Positions 9,509 to 20,703 of a DNA stretch of 64,000 bases are shown here, piece by piece (the stretch's first letter is position 1; each line of letters begins with the position of its first letter). The DNA is from an uncultured Verrucomicrobiae bacterium (lineage in GTDB: Bacteria; Verrucomicrobiota; Verrucomicrobiia; Chthoniobacterales; JAFAMB01), in the NCBI GenBank assembly GCA_963762565.1, contig CAVXLD010000003.1:672001-736000 (forward strand). Direction: 5' to 3'. Under the pieces are notes generated by a model, which was given only the letters and a program-made list of their open reading frames with translations, ran no database searches and had not been told where the DNA came from. The position numbers and the translations under genes were made by a program.

Positions 9509-12253
9509 ATGTTATCCTCCCAGACGGTCCGCTCATTCAGATATCATCAGGGGAAAACGGCGAAATTTTATTCATTGCCAGCGCTAGAAGAGGCCGGCCT
9601 TGCGGCGATCTCCCGCTTGCCCGTGAGCATCCGGATTGTCTTAGAATCCGTGCTCCGGAATTGCGACGGCAAAAAGATCGCGGAAAAGGATGTGCTTAAT
9701 TTGGCGCGCTGGAACGCCAAGAACCCGGCTAATGAAGAGATTCCCTTCATTGTAGCGCGGATTGTGCTTCAAGACTTTACCGGTGTGCCGCTGCTGGTGG
9801 ATCTAGCCGCGATGCGGGACGCAGTAGCGGCGCTGGGCAAAGATCCAAAATTGATCGAGCCGCTGGTGCCGGTAGATCTGGTGGTCGATCACTCTGTGCA
9901 GGTCGATTTCGCCGGATCGGCAGAAGCGTTAAGCTTGAACCTGGATTACGAGTTCAAACGTAACCGGGAACGTTACGAATTTCTGAAGTGGGGCCAACAG
10001 GCCTTTGAAACCTTCAAGGTGGTGCCGCCGGGCATCGGCATCGTGCACCAAGTGAATCTGGAATACCTGGCTAAGGGAGTGCTGAGTTCGACCGCGGGAG
10101 GTGAGGAAGTCTGTTATCCGGATACGCTGGTCGGCACGGATTCGCATACCACGATGATCAATGGCCTAGGGATCGTCGGTTGGGGAGTCGGGGGGATCGA
10201 GGCGGAAGCCGGGATGCTCGGTCAACCGGTCTATTTTCTAACCCCGGAAGTCGTCGGCGTTCATCTCTCTGGCAAATTGAGAGAAGGGGTAACCGCGACC
10301 GATCTGGCGTTGCGCGTGACCCAAATGTTGCGGGCCGCCAAGGTGGTCGGGAAATTCGTGGAATTCTACGGCGAAGGCGCTTCTTCATTGCCACTACCGG
10401 ACCGGGCAACGATAGCGAATATGGCCCCCGAGTATGGGGCTACCATGGGCTTTTTCCCGGTGGACGCAGAATCGATAAACTATTTTCGGCTAACCGGACG
10501 CTCCGAGGAAACGGTCGACCGATTCGAACAATACTTTCGGGCGCAACAATTGTTCGGGATGCCGCCGAAAGGCCAAATCGACTACAGCGTCGATCTGGAG
10601 CTGGATCTGGGTACGGTGCAGCCGAGTGTAGCCGGTCCCAAGCGGCCGCAAGATCGGATCGACCTGGAGCATCTCGGGTCCAATTTTCATGAGCTTTTCA
10701 GCAAGCCCGCGAAAGAGGGCGGCTACGGGAAAACAGCGGATGCATTGAGTGAGAGGGTGACCGTATCGGTCAATGGTGAGCAACAACCGGCGCCTGGTCC
10801 CGGCCGGACTGGCTCAGTGGGCCACGGCAGCGTCCTGATCGCCGCGATCACCAGTTGCACTAATACCAGCAACCCGAGTGTCATGCTGGCCGCAGGTTTA
10901 CTCGCCAAGAAGGCGGTCGAGCGCGGGCTAAAGGTTAATCCGACGGTGAAGACGTCGCTCGCGCCGGGCTCACGAGTGGTAACCGACTATCTGGCAAAGA
11001 CTGGGTTACAGCCTTACCTTGATAGGCTGGGCTTCAATATCGTGGGGTACGGCTGTACTACCTGCATCGGCAATTCCGGGCCGCTGCATCCCAATATTGA
11101 ACGCGCTATTACCGAGAAGGATTTGGTGGCGGCTTCAGTGCTTTCGGGGAACCGGAATTTCGAAGCCCGCGTTCATCAGAGCATCAAAGCCAATTTCTTG
11201 ATGTCGCCCCCGTTAGTAGTGGCTTTTGCCTTGGCGGGAAAGGTGGATATCGATCTCACTCACGAACCTGTGGGACGAGACGCCGATGGCAAAGAGGTCT
11301 ATCTCCGCGAACTTTGGCCGAGCCTGGCCGAAGTTAGGGACGCCATGATATCGGCCCTTTCTCCGGAAGTTTTTCGACAGCTCTACCGAGATTTTGCCGA
11401 TCAGAACCCGAAATGGAACGAAGTCCCGGCGACAACTGGAGTGACGTACAAGTGGGATGAAAAGAGCGACTACATCCATAGCCCGCCCTATTTTGCCGAA
11501 TTCTCCCTAGGGATTGACGATATTGCTGATATTACCGGGGCGCGGCCTTTGGGAATTTTTGGCGACTCGGTGACGACGGATCATATTTCGCCGGCCGGGG
11601 CTATCAAACAGAGTTCTCCCGCGGGCCAATACTTGGTCGGCCGGGGCATTAAGCCTGTCGATTTCAACAGTTACGGGAGCCGGCGTGGGAACGATCTCGT
11701 GATGACCCGAGGTACCTTTGCCAATGTGCGGATCAAAAACCTGATGGTTCCCGGGGTCGAAGGGGGCGTAACGATCTACCATCCGGAGGGGGAACAACTG
11801 CCGATCTATGATGCGGCAGTGCGCTATCGCGAAAACGGCGTACCGTTGGTAGTGATAGCCGGGCACGAGTATGGGACAGGTTCCAGTCGCGACTGGGCGG
11901 CCAAAGGCACGTTGCTGCTAGGGGTCAAGGCCGTGATCGCTCAGAGCTTCGAGAGGATCCATCGATCGAATCTGGTGGGGATGGGGATTTTACCGCTGCA
12001 GTTTGTTGATGGAACAAGCGCGCAATCGCTGGGACTGGATGGCTCTGAGGTGTATCACATTACGTCACTAGACAATCAGATTCGCCCGAGGCAGAAGGTG
12101 CCCTTAAGGATTGAACGCAAGGACGGCTCAACTGAAACCTTAGAGGTAATCCTGCGCATCGACACTCCGGTCGAAATCGATTACTATCGGCACGGTGGTA
12201 TTCTCGCCTATGTGCTTAGAGGATTGCTCGGACTCACTCGCTCAAGCCCTTGA
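9509..12253 (+). CDS. acnA: Aconitate hydratase A
   Basis: [54 protein letters not shown]. Confidence 0.98.
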   Translation: MLSSQTVRSFRYHQGKTAKFYSLPALEEAGLAAISRLPVSIRIVLESVLRNCDGKKIAEKDVLNLARWNAKNPANEEIPFIVARIVLQDFTGVPLLVDLAAMRDAVAALGKDPKLIEPLVPVDLVVDHSVQVDFAGSAEALSLNLDYEFKRNRERYEFLKWGQQAFETFKVVPPGIGIVHQVNLEYLAKGVLSSTAGGEEVCYPDTLVGTDSHTTMINGLGIVGWGVGGIEAEAGMLGQPVYFLTPEVVGVHLSGKLREGVTATDLALRVTQMLRAAKVVGKFVEFYGEGASSLPLPDRATIANMAPEYGATMGFFPVDAESINYFRLTGRSEETVDRFEQYFRAQQLFGMPPKGQIDYSVDLELDLGTVQPSVAGPKRPQDRIDLEHLGSNFHELFSKPAKEGGYGKTADALSERVTVSVNGEQQPAPGPGRTGSVGHGSVLIAAITSCTNTSNPSVMLAAGLLAKKAVERGLKVNPTVKTSLAPGSRVVTDYLAKTGLQPYLDRLGFNIVGYGCTTCIGNSGPLHPNIERAITEKDLVAASVLSGNRNFEARVHQSIKANFLMSPPLVVAFALAGKVDIDLTHEPVGRDADGKEVYLRELWPSLAEVRDAMISALSPEVFRQLYRDFADQNPKWNEVPATTGVTYKWDEKSDYIHSPPYFAEFSLGIDDIADITGARPLGIFGDSVTTDHISPAGAIKQSSPAGQYLVGRGIKPVDFNSYGSRRGNDLVMTRGTFANVRIKNLMVPGVEGGVTIYHPEGEQLPIYDAAVRYRENGVPLVVIAGHEYGTGSSRDWAAKGTLLLGVKAVIAQSFERIHRSNLVGMGILPLQFVDGTSAQSLGLDGSEVYHITSLDNQIRPRQKVPLRIERKDGSTETLEVILRIDTPVEIDYYRHGGILAYVLRGLLGLTRSSP

Positions 12254-12288
12254 ACCACTGAAGCCGCGATGAAAGCTTGGTTGTCACG

Positions 12289-12483
12289 ATGAGAAAGGTC
12301 TTACGGGTTCTGTGCTATCTACCGGTGATCCTGCTTGGTATCGCCGGAGTGGTAATATTGATTCACATGTACGACATCACCGAAATCGGAAGACCGAAGG
12401 CTACCGTTGTCGACAATGCTGACGCCCCGGGTAAATCCAAGAAACCCACTCCTCGCGGCCCGTTTTCGAACCCGACACCTTAG
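12289..12483 (+). CDS. Small single-TM hypothetical protein
   Basis: MRKVLR followed by a hydrophobic helix and a polar tail. Confidence 0.5.
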   Translation: MRKVLRVLCYLPVILLGIAGVVILIHMYDITEIGRPKATVVDNADAPGKSKKPTPRGPFSNPTP

Positions 12484-12675
12484 CGATCTTGCTTTTGCAT
12501 TTTTGAGCGTCCCGGCTCGGGCGAGCTTTTCTGCTCGATCCAGAGTTGGTCTGCCCTGAGAGTAGTGCCGAAGTCCTGTTCGGCGAGATGAGAAATTTCA
12601 ATTTTTTACCTAGTACTCTCAACAGAATTGCACTACAAAGGGTGGCTCCCGCCTTCAGGGGATATTCGTAGGGAC

Positions 12676-14388
12676 ATGGAACATCCAAAGATTGTAATCA
12701 TTGGGCTGGACTCCGCGACGTGGGATTTACTCGGGCCATGGGCAGCGAAAGGCTTATTACCTAACCTTGGGTTGCTAACGTCGAATGGCGCCAGCGGTGA
12801 ATTGGAATCGGCAATACCGCCTCTAACACCGCCGGCGTGGACGTCATTTATGACCGGGAAGAACCCCGGCAAACATGGGATCTTTTATTTTCTGGAACCG
12901 CAGCCAGGAAGCTACGCGATGCGTTATGCCAACGCCGGGTCGCGGCGTTCGAGGACCTTCTTTGGTCTGCTTTCCGATGCCGGAATCAAGGTAGGCTCAG
13001 TCAATATTCCGTTTACGTACCCACCGGAACCGCTGAACGGCTTCCAAATCTCCGGTATGGATACGCCAACCGAGAAAAGTGCTTTCATTTATCCGCCCGA
13101 ACTTCGGGAGGAGTTAGATAAGGCGGTGGGCAAGCTGCGCTTCGACATTACCCACCTGGGCTTTATGTCGACGGATGCGCGGCGGGCCCAAGTACTGGCG
13201 GAGATGGAACAGGTCGATGACCAATGGACGAAGCTCGGTCTCTACCTGCTGGAAAAGCATCCCGCCGAAGTCATGATGTTCACGTTCATGTCGATAGACA
13301 CCGTGCAGCACCATTTCTGGCAGTACATGGATCCGGGGCATTTTATGTACGATGCATCCCGGGCCCAGCAGTTCGGCGAGGCTGTTCTTCGCGTCTATCA
13401 ACGATTGGACCGGGCAGTGGGAAAGTTCCTGGAGCATTTGTCAGAGGATACGACGGTAATAGTGGTGTCTGACCACGGAGGCGGCCCGGTGTCCGATCGG
13501 GTGATCCACTTGAATCGGTTTCTGGCTCAGCTCGGGCTCTTGAAGTACCGGGAACAGAAACAGTCAGCCCTGGGTAAGGTAAAGCAGCAAGTCATCAAGA
13601 GCCTCTATAAGCTGCTTTACGGAACGCTCAGTCCAGATCAAAAAAAGTTTCTAGCTGGTCTGCTGCCGGGGTTACGCGAACGATTCGAGGGCGCCTACAC
13701 TTCGTTTGCCAATATCGATTGGTCGGGAACTAAGGCCTATTGCAGCGAGATCTTGGCCTCGCCACCTAGCATTTGGATCAACAAGAAAAGCGAAAAGCCG
13801 GCCGGAATCGTTTCCGAAGAAGAATACGAACCGCTATTGACGCTTATTACTCAGAAGCTAAGCGAGTTGAAAGATCCGAGGACCGGGCAATCGTTAGTTC
13901 CTCGAATTTATCGGCGCGACGAGCTGTTTCATGGGCCGTATGCGAAAGAAGCTCCCGATCTCATTCTGGACTGGTGGAGCGAAAACGCATTTTCAATAAA
14001 GCCTAGCTTTCCGGAAGATGGCGATCAGCCGGTTATACAGATCAAACCCCGCGCACCGGTACAGGAACCGGAATGGGGCGGTACTCATCGGAAGTCCGGT
14101 ATCCTGATCATGCGAGGTAAAGCATTCAAAACGGGAGCCTGTATCGAGGGCGCCAGGTTGGTGGATATGGCGCCAACCATTCTTCACCTGATGGGCCAGA
14201 GAATTCCCGAAGACATGGATGGACGGGTGCTGGTGGACGCGTTCAATCCCGAATTTGCGCAGCAGCGCACCGCTGAATTCGTGGCCTCAACTGCGGATAC
14301 CAGCGGAGAGGGCGGAGACAAATCTTACTCCGCGGAAGAAGCCTCTCAAATCGAGGCTCGCCTAAAGGCGCTTGGATATATCGACTGA
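12676..14388 (+). CDS. Alkaline phosphatase superfamily, type I phosphodiesterase/NPP-like enzyme
   Basis: IIGLDSA, PPLTPPAWTSFMTGKNPGKHG, VVSDHG, GTH, C-terminal RLKALGYI. Confidence 0.85.
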   Translation: MEHPKIVIIGLDSATWDLLGPWAAKGLLPNLGLLTSNGASGELESAIPPLTPPAWTSFMTGKNPGKHGIFYFLEPQPGSYAMRYANAGSRRSRTFFGLLSDAGIKVGSVNIPFTYPPEPLNGFQISGMDTPTEKSAFIYPPELREELDKAVGKLRFDITHLGFMSTDARRAQVLAEMEQVDDQWTKLGLYLLEKHPAEVMMFTFMSIDTVQHHFWQYMDPGHFMYDASRAQQFGEAVLRVYQRLDRAVGKFLEHLSEDTTVIVVSDHGGGPVSDRVIHLNRFLAQLGLLKYREQKQSALGKVKQQVIKSLYKLLYGTLSPDQKKFLAGLLPGLRERFEGAYTSFANIDWSGTKAYCSEILASPPSIWINKKSEKPAGIVSEEEYEPLLTLITQKLSELKDPRTGQSLVPRIYRRDELFHGPYAKEAPDLILDWWSENAFSIKPSFPEDGDQPVIQIKPRAPVQEPEWGGTHRKSGILIMRGKAFKTGACIEGARLVDMAPTILHLMGQRIPEDMDGRVLVDAFNPEFAQQRTAEFVASTADTSGEGGDKSYSAEEASQIEARLKALGYID

Positions 14389-14398
14389 TTTTCGCCAA

Positions 14399-15589
14399 AT
14401 GAGATCGTATTCGATTGCGATGGTGGCTGCATGCCCTTTTCCAGTGAACTATGGGTCACCGGGAGCGATTCGTGAACTGGCAGAAACGCTCTCTGAAATG
14501 GGGCACGACATCCATATAGTTACGTATCCGGAGGGTGATGATCTGCCGGTAGGCAATGCCCGGTTGCATCGGGCGGGGCGAGTCCAAGAGAAGAGTGGAC
14601 CGCAAGTCGGTCCCAATGCACGAAAACTCTGGATCGACGTTCTGTTGGTCATCAAGTTGTGCCAAGTCATTTGGCACGAAAAGATCGAGATTATTCACGC
14701 TCACAATTACGAGGGCGGCCTGGCGGGAATCATTGGCAAACTCTGTACTTGGAAACCTCTGGTCTACAATGCCGTCAATTTGATGTTGGACGAACTGCAT
14801 ACCTATGGGTTCATAAAGCCGGCTTTCCTTGCTAAATTCTTGGCGACCATGCTCGATAGTCTGATGCCGCTGTTTCCCGATCACATCATTACGGTCACCC
14901 CGGAGCTAAATGATTGGTACGTCCGGAGGGGAGTTAAAAAGGAGCGGCTCACCATGATTCCATGCGGGGTGAAGCCGGCCATGTTTGCGGGGGCGGATCC
15001 CAGTGAGTTCCTACAGAGATACTCGGTAGGATCCCGGCCAGTTGTGATGTACACCGGTATCAACAGCGCGTTTCAACGGGTGGATTACCTGCTGCGCGCA
15101 TTTAGTATCGTCCTCAAGTCGGAGCCGGCCGCGCTTTTAATGATTGTAAGCCCGCTAAGTGGTGAACCGAATTATCAAACGAATGTTGACCTGGCGAAGG
15201 CGCTCGGCATTTCCGAAAGCGTGCTTTTCGTCGGTCCCCACGAGCTGCAAGAATTGCCAAATTATCTGGCGATGGCCTCAGTCACAGTGGTACCGCGCCC
15301 AGAATGCCCAGGGCATCCAATTAAGCTTTTGAACTATATGATGTCAGCGAAGGCCATCGTCTGCTTCGCCGGGTCCGCAAAAGGAGTCCGTCATCTCCAT
15401 GACGCCGTGATTGTGCCTGATCACGATTGGGAAAAAATGGGGGAGGCAATCGTCACCCTGATAAAAGATCCGGCGTTGGCAAAAATGCTGGGCAAAAACG
15501 CGCGGGAAACGGTTTTAAACAATTTCGATTGGAAAATCTTGGCGAAAAAAGTCGAGCTCATATATGCCGGGCTGCGCCCTGTGAAATAG
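14399..15589 (+). CDS. Glycosyltransferase family 4
   Basis: GHDIHIVT, IIHAHNY, IPCGV, PIKLLNYM, ARETVLNNFDW (GT-B fold). Confidence 0.88.
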   Translation: MRSYSIAMVAACPFPVNYGSPGAIRELAETLSEMGHDIHIVTYPEGDDLPVGNARLHRAGRVQEKSGPQVGPNARKLWIDVLLVIKLCQVIWHEKIEIIHAHNYEGGLAGIIGKLCTWKPLVYNAVNLMLDELHTYGFIKPAFLAKFLATMLDSLMPLFPDHIITVTPELNDWYVRRGVKKERLTMIPCGVKPAMFAGADPSEFLQRYSVGSRPVVMYTGINSAFQRVDYLLRAFSIVLKSEPAALLMIVSPLSGEPNYQTNVDLAKALGISESVLFVGPHELQELPNYLAMASVTVVPRPECPGHPIKLLNYMMSAKAIVCFAGSAKGVRHLHDAVIVPDHDWEKMGEAIVTLIKDPALAKMLGKNARETVLNNFDWKILAKKVELIYAGLRPVK

Positions 15590-15590
15590 G

Positions 15591-16664
15591 ATGATCAGCA
15601 TGAGCTTGAAAATGCCCAGATGCCGCGCCGCGCTTCTTGTGACAGGTTCTGTGCTGTTGGGGTTGCCTGCTTCCTATTTGTTTGCTGCGGATGCTGGCGG
15701 CATTCCCAGGGGAGTCTTTAGCTTGGCTAGAGAGAGCGAGCCGGCTGATCCCGCCGTACTCCGCGATGCCGATGTCGATGGCATCAGTATTCGACAACCG
15801 TGGCGAGAGCTGGAAAAGTCGCCGGGGGTTTTTGACTGGAGCTATTTGGATTCCGAGGTAAGGCGGGCCGCGGATGCAGACAAGGTTGTGCTCTTGCGCA
15901 TTTTGTCGGAGGGACCAGGGACTCCATCGTGGATTTTTGAGAAAGGCGTGCAAACTCTTTCCTACGAAAACCAGAACCGTTTCCAGGAGGGCGGTTCCGG
16001 TAGGATTGCAGTGTATTGGGATCCTACCTATCTAGCGCAGAAAAAGGCGATGATTGCGGCGGTGGGGAAGCATTTCGCGGACAATTCTGCGGTCCGAGTA
16101 GTCGCGGCGATCTGCGCCAGTTCACACAGCGGGGATTGGGCGGTTCCGCACAGCCGAGTTGATGTTGCGAATTGGTATTCGATCGGATACACGCCGGAAA
16201 AACTGATCGACGTTTGCAAGGAAATCATCGACACCACGATGCAGAGTTTCCCAAAACAATGCGTTACGCTGGCGGTGGGGAGAAATGGGCGGCTCGACCC
16301 GAATCCGAACTATGTGGCACGCGCCGTGGTCCAATACGCACGGAAACGGTATCCTGGACGCTTCATCGTACAGAAAAATTCTCTGGCCGCAACGACTCCA
16401 CCGCCGGGATCCCCGAACCTAAAGCACTTTGAGCTTCTTTGGGAAAGCCGCCCAGACGTGGCCGGCCAGATGTTGTGGTTTTCTTACGGAGACCCGACTT
16501 GCCGCAACAACGGACGGCAAGCGCCGTGCGACCCGGAAGCGACCTTGCGGCGATCGATCGATATCGGTTTAGCCTACGGAATGAAATACATCGAAATTTA
16601 CCAAGCGGATGTACTTCACTTGCCTACGGTCATTCATTATACACATGACGCGCTCACAAAGTAG
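15591..16664 (+). CDS. Secreted glycoside hydrolase-like TIM-barrel protein
   Basis: Signal peptide; WRELEKSPGVFDWSYLD...PSWI...YWDPTY is typical of GH42/GH14-like N-termini. Confidence 0.65.
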   Translation: MISMSLKMPRCRAALLVTGSVLLGLPASYLFAADAGGIPRGVFSLARESEPADPAVLRDADVDGISIRQPWRELEKSPGVFDWSYLDSEVRRAADADKVVLLRILSEGPGTPSWIFEKGVQTLSYENQNRFQEGGSGRIAVYWDPTYLAQKKAMIAAVGKHFADNSAVRVVAAICASSHSGDWAVPHSRVDVANWYSIGYTPEKLIDVCKEIIDTTMQSFPKQCVTLAVGRNGRLDPNPNYVARAVVQYARKRYPGRFIVQKNSLAATTPPPGSPNLKHFELLWESRPDVAGQMLWFSYGDPTCRNNGRQAPCDPEATLRRSIDIGLAYGMKYIEIYQADVLHLPTVIHYTHDALTK

Positions 16665-16721
16665 CTTGTGGAAGGCAGTAAAGATGTAGTAAGCCTTGGC
16701 CGCGTTTAGCCGTTCACTTTC

Positions 16722-17828
16722 ATGATTGATTCACAAGAAGTACGACACAACCTAGGTCGGCGATGGTTCGATATCGTTTTGGGTATACTCCTCACCTTGA
16801 TCGTTTTGGTAGCGGCCGCGGTGATGTTAAAATATTTGGTTTTTACCGATGCAACCAAGGCGCGACCGGTTGGCTTACCCATACCGGTACAAACACTTCC
16901 AGCAGCGGTTACCACGTTGCGAGAAGTGGTTGGCGCGAGCGGCACGATGGGTGAGAGCACCGATGCTTTCTTAACCAATCGGGTGGTTGCGAGAGTGTTG
17001 AGCGTCCCGGTCGACGTGGGCAATGTCGTCCAGAAAGGGGCGTTACTGGCGCAATTGGATGACACGTATTTCTTGTCGGCCGTAGAACACGCGCGGACCA
17101 ATCACGACCACACTAGTGCGCAGCTCCAACGAATGTTGGCCATGCAGGCGAAAGGGTACGCTTCCGCCGTAGAAGTAGAACAAGCCCGGACCGCAGACAC
17201 GGCTGCGCAAGAGGCCTTGGTTGAAGCCCAGTTCAATTTGACTACCACCAAAATCAGTAGCCCGGCTCCAGCGATTGTTCTGCAGCGTAACGTCAATCCT
17301 GGGGAGATAACCTCCGTCGGCAGCGCCGGCTTCAAACTTGGCATAATTGCTCCGATCTACATGGTGGCGCAGGTCTCAGAGGAAAAAATCGGGTCTGTCC
17401 ATTTGGGTATGGAAGGCGACGTGAGCACCGATGGTTTCCCCGGGGTCATCTTCAAAGGCAAAGTCGTAAAAGTCGACGGTGCGGTTAACGATACTACGAG
17501 GACGTTCGGGGTTTACATCAGCATCCCGAATGAAGATGTACGTCTGATTCCCGGTATAACTGGTTACGCCCGGCTGCAGAATGAGCATATGGGTTTGGCT
17601 GTGCCAAGCACGGCAGTGATCGACCCGGTGGGAGACAGAGCGACTGTCTTTGTGGTTAGTGATAATCAGGCCCATATCCGAAATGTTCGACGAGGTTTGA
17701 TGGCGGACGGAATGACCGAGATACTCGATGGGGTGGAGGAAGGCGAGAAGGTTGTCACGGTTGGTATGCAAGAGCTGCACGACAAGGACAAGGTCATCGT
17801 TAACCAGTCAGGTCCGTGGAATAAATGA
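16722..17828 (+). CDS. Periplasmic adaptor (membrane fusion protein)
   Basis: N-terminal TM; VDVGNVVQKGALLAQLD and ISSP lipoyl halves; EILDGVEEGEKVV. Confidence 0.9.
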   Translation: MIDSQEVRHNLGRRWFDIVLGILLTLIVLVAAAVMLKYLVFTDATKARPVGLPIPVQTLPAAVTTLREVVGASGTMGESTDAFLTNRVVARVLSVPVDVGNVVQKGALLAQLDDTYFLSAVEHARTNHDHTSAQLQRMLAMQAKGYASAVEVEQARTADTAAQEALVEAQFNLTTTKISSPAPAIVLQRNVNPGEITSVGSAGFKLGIIAPIYMVAQVSEEKIGSVHLGMEGDVSTDGFPGVIFKGKVVKVDGAVNDTTRTFGVYISIPNEDVRLIPGITGYARLQNEHMGLAVPSTAVIDPVGDRATVFVVSDNQAHIRNVRRGLMADGMTEILDGVEEGEKVVTVGMQELHDKDKVIVNQSGPWNK

Positions 17829-19219
17829 AAATAGCCGTCCCGCTATTGCTGATGTTTTGGGTCTTGGTTTGCACTGCGAAACGGGGCGCAAGCGAGAGTG
17901 TGCATGGTGGGGTCCTCACCTTGCACGAATGCATCGCCGAATGCCTCAAGGAAAATCCGAAACTTCTGTCAGAACAGTATACCTTATCGGCCGACAAAGA
18001 GAATATCTGGAACGCCCGGTCGAATTATCTGCCTACTCTCACCGGTCACGCAAGTTTCGGGGGCTTGTCCGGCAGCCCGTCTGGCCCCTGGGCGCTTCTT
18101 GGGATCAACGATCCTGATGTTACTGGGATCGTCACCCGCGGTGCGTCGCGGCAATCAACAAGTCGGGGTCCTTACCGGATAAGCTGGGGATGGGTCGGCA
18201 CTGGGGAATTGAGGCTGGAATATCCGCTCTATGCGAACGGCAGTATCTTCGGATTGAACAATTTTCCGGCATTGGCGACAGCCAAAGCGAAGTTCGACAA
18301 ACAAAGCTGGGAGACTCGTCTAGCAGCCCAGGATGTCACCGCGAACTTGGTTAGTGTCTATTACAATACGACAGCCTATCTCGCGAAGGTGGATCTCGAC
18401 CAACAAACGGTAGACTATTCGAAGAAGCGGCTAGAGATCATTCAGGAAGAACTGAGGCTGAACCTGATTTTGCCGCAGCAGGTGGACGTCGCAAAGGAGC
18501 AATTAGAGGCCAACGAGCAGGCTCTGACGGCAAGCCAGGAGCGGGCTGCAGATAGCGAGCGCATGTTAGCCGAACTGATGCGACGGCCTACGACACAAAA
18601 GCTCCGGATCGATACTTCCGATCCCTTACTTCCGACGCTGCCTCCGGTCGAGAAGCTTCTCAGCCAGGTGAGCGAGAAGCATCCAGCGGTTGCGATTCAA
18701 CGAGCGACTATTGTGGAGGCGAAACAAACCTACCATCTGGCGGAGACCGCGCTCTATCCGTCGGTGCACTTTGAATCCACCTACGGTGGTGGAACGGGTT
18801 TCGGCGCGATCCCTTTGGACCAATTCTATGCCGGGATCGGCGTCGAAGTTCCGATATTTGATTTTGGCCATAAGCTTTCGGGTGAGCATGAAGCTTTGGA
18901 TCTGTTGAAGGCGGCTCAGGCGCAATTGGAACAAGTGCAGCTATCCTTGCGGGATGCAATCCTGACTGAAATCAGCACGATTCATACGACGGAAGCCAAC
19001 CTTGCGGATCTCGAGCGCAACTATGTTGAGGCTAAAACGCAAGTTGATCTCATTCAGTCCGAGCATGACCAGGGGATCGCGACCCAGCTCGCACTGGTTG
19101 ATGCGCAGCTGGGTTTATTAGAGGTCAAAGATCAACTGCTCCTGCTCCGGCTTGAGGAACGGGTGCAGTACGCGAATCTCCAGCGGTTGACCGGCGGGGT
19201 GTGGGTGTGGAACCGATGA
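17825..19219 (+). CDS. TolC-family outer membrane protein
   Basis: Signal peptide; LTLHECIAECLKENP, YLPTL, LYPSV, VPIFDFG, GIATQLALVDAQ. Confidence 0.9.
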   Translation: MKIAVPLLLMFWVLVCTAKRGASESVHGGVLTLHECIAECLKENPKLLSEQYTLSADKENIWNARSNYLPTLTGHASFGGLSGSPSGPWALLGINDPDVTGIVTRGASRQSTSRGPYRISWGWVGTGELRLEYPLYANGSIFGLNNFPALATAKAKFDKQSWETRLAAQDVTANLVSVYYNTTAYLAKVDLDQQTVDYSKKRLEIIQEELRLNLILPQQVDVAKEQLEANEQALTASQERAADSERMLAELMRRPTTQKLRIDTSDPLLPTLPPVEKLLSQVSEKHPAVAIQRATIVEAKQTYHLAETALYPSVHFESTYGGGTGFGAIPLDQFYAGIGVEVPIFDFGHKLSGEHEALDLLKAAQAQLEQVQLSLRDAILTEISTIHTTEANLADLERNYVEAKTQVDLIQSEHDQGIATQLALVDAQLGLLEVKDQLLLLRLEERVQYANLQRLTGGVWVWNR

Positions 19220-20703
19220 AGCAATCACAACGCATCGTTAAGAATGTGTTGGCTGGCGGCTTCGCCGTCGGCGCCGGCGGTTTGCTGCAGTTAACGGCGG
19301 TCGTGCTCATCGCTCGTTCGGTGAGCGTAAACGATTTCGGGATCTATTCTTTTATTCTAGCCTTCGCGGTTTTCTTTCAGCTCTTAGCCGATACCGGTTT
19401 GAGCAACATTTTGATGCGCGAACTGGCTAAGACGCCGGAGAAGATGGCGGAGATTTTGGGAGCAGCGCTGTCGCTTATTTGGGTGTTATCGATCGCGGTT
19501 GAGCTCATTATCATCGCGATCGTTCCGTTTCTCCATTTTAGTTTGGAGATCAAACTGCTGACGGTGGCGATGGGAGCAGCTACGCTTTCGCTCTTCCACT
19601 GCGCCGGGTACGGATCCGCCTTGCGCTCACAAGAAGATAATGAAGTTCACGCACTCGGCTTCCTCGTCCACAAGATTGTCTTTTGCGGATTCATATTTAT
19701 CGGCTTGAAAATGGGTCTGGCGCTTGTGGGTATTGTGTTTGCGCACCTGATTCCGAATATCTTGCTCTGTTGTTACTATCGTTGGATGGTCGTGCGCCGG
19801 TACGCAGTGCCGAAAATGCGAATCGATCTGCCGATGTGGAAGTATTTGCTGACCAATTCCATTCCGGTGGGTGGAGCAACCATGGTGCGCCTCTTGGCCC
19901 AGCAAGTCGATGTAATGATTCTTTCCTGGCTTACCAATCTGCGCACCGTAGGGCTGTTTAGCGGTCCGTACCGGATATCGATGGCGTTGCGCTTCATTCC
20001 ACAGACTTTGGCGATTCCGCTCTATCCGATGTACTCCCGGCTAGCGGTTAATCCGGAAGCAAAACAGGCCTTACACAGTGCCTATGAACGGAGCGTTAAA
20101 TTTTTTGTGCTGGCAGGTTTTCCGGTAGCGACGCTCTTCCTGATTTTCTCGAGCAAATTAATCACCTTATTGCTTGGCGAGAAGTATCAGGTGGCTTTAC
20201 CTGCAATGCAGCTGTTAGGAGTGGCGTTTCTTCCCTTTTTCGTTTCCAGTCCTTTTCCGTTCCTTTTAACGGCATTGGACAAACAGCGATTCCTAATGGT
20301 TAGTTCGCTGTTGTCGCTCGGAATCCGGATCGGGCTGAATTTTTTGTTAATCCCTATGTTCGGCTATTTGGGGCCGTGCATTGCTTTTTTCGTCAGCGAA
20401 GCGGCCACTCTGATTATTTGGTGGAACAAGCTGAGCCAGCTGGGGTTTTCGATAGGATTTGCCAAGATTGTGTGGCGACCAACGCTGGCGAGTGCTTGTA
20501 TCGGCGCCGGCCTCTATTTCATCCAGGGCGCGGCCGTGATCTGGCTAATTCCGGCTACCTTGCTCGCGATGGTAGTTTACATACTCATTCTGCTTTTATT
20601 GGGTGTATTTACTCCGAGCGATCTGAGACTCGCCAAGGAAGGCTTGGGATTTGTTAAACCGTTTCTGGCAAAATGGACTGGCCAGGCCCCGGCCCTGAAA
20701 TGA
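19216..20703 (+). CDS. Wzx-like polysaccharide flippase (MOP superfamily)
   Basis: Many TM helices; DFGIYSF, DTGL...RE, VGLFS, LNFLLIPMFGYLG. Confidence 0.88.
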   Translation: MKQSQRIVKNVLAGGFAVGAGGLLQLTAVVLIARSVSVNDFGIYSFILAFAVFFQLLADTGLSNILMRELAKTPEKMAEILGAALSLIWVLSIAVELIIIAIVPFLHFSLEIKLLTVAMGAATLSLFHCAGYGSALRSQEDNEVHALGFLVHKIVFCGFIFIGLKMGLALVGIVFAHLIPNILLCCYYRWMVVRRYAVPKMRIDLPMWKYLLTNSIPVGGATMVRLLAQQVDVMILSWLTNLRTVGLFSGPYRISMALRFIPQTLAIPLYPMYSRLAVNPEAKQALHSAYERSVKFFVLAGFPVATLFLIFSSKLITLLLGEKYQVALPAMQLLGVAFLPFFVSSPFPFLLTALDKQRFLMVSSLLSLGIRIGLNFLLIPMFGYLGPCIAFFVSEAATLIIWWNKLSQLGFSIGFAKIVWRPTLASACIGAGLYFIQGAAVIWLIPATLLAMVVYILILLLLGVFTPSDLRLAKEGLGFVKPFLAKWTGQAPALK

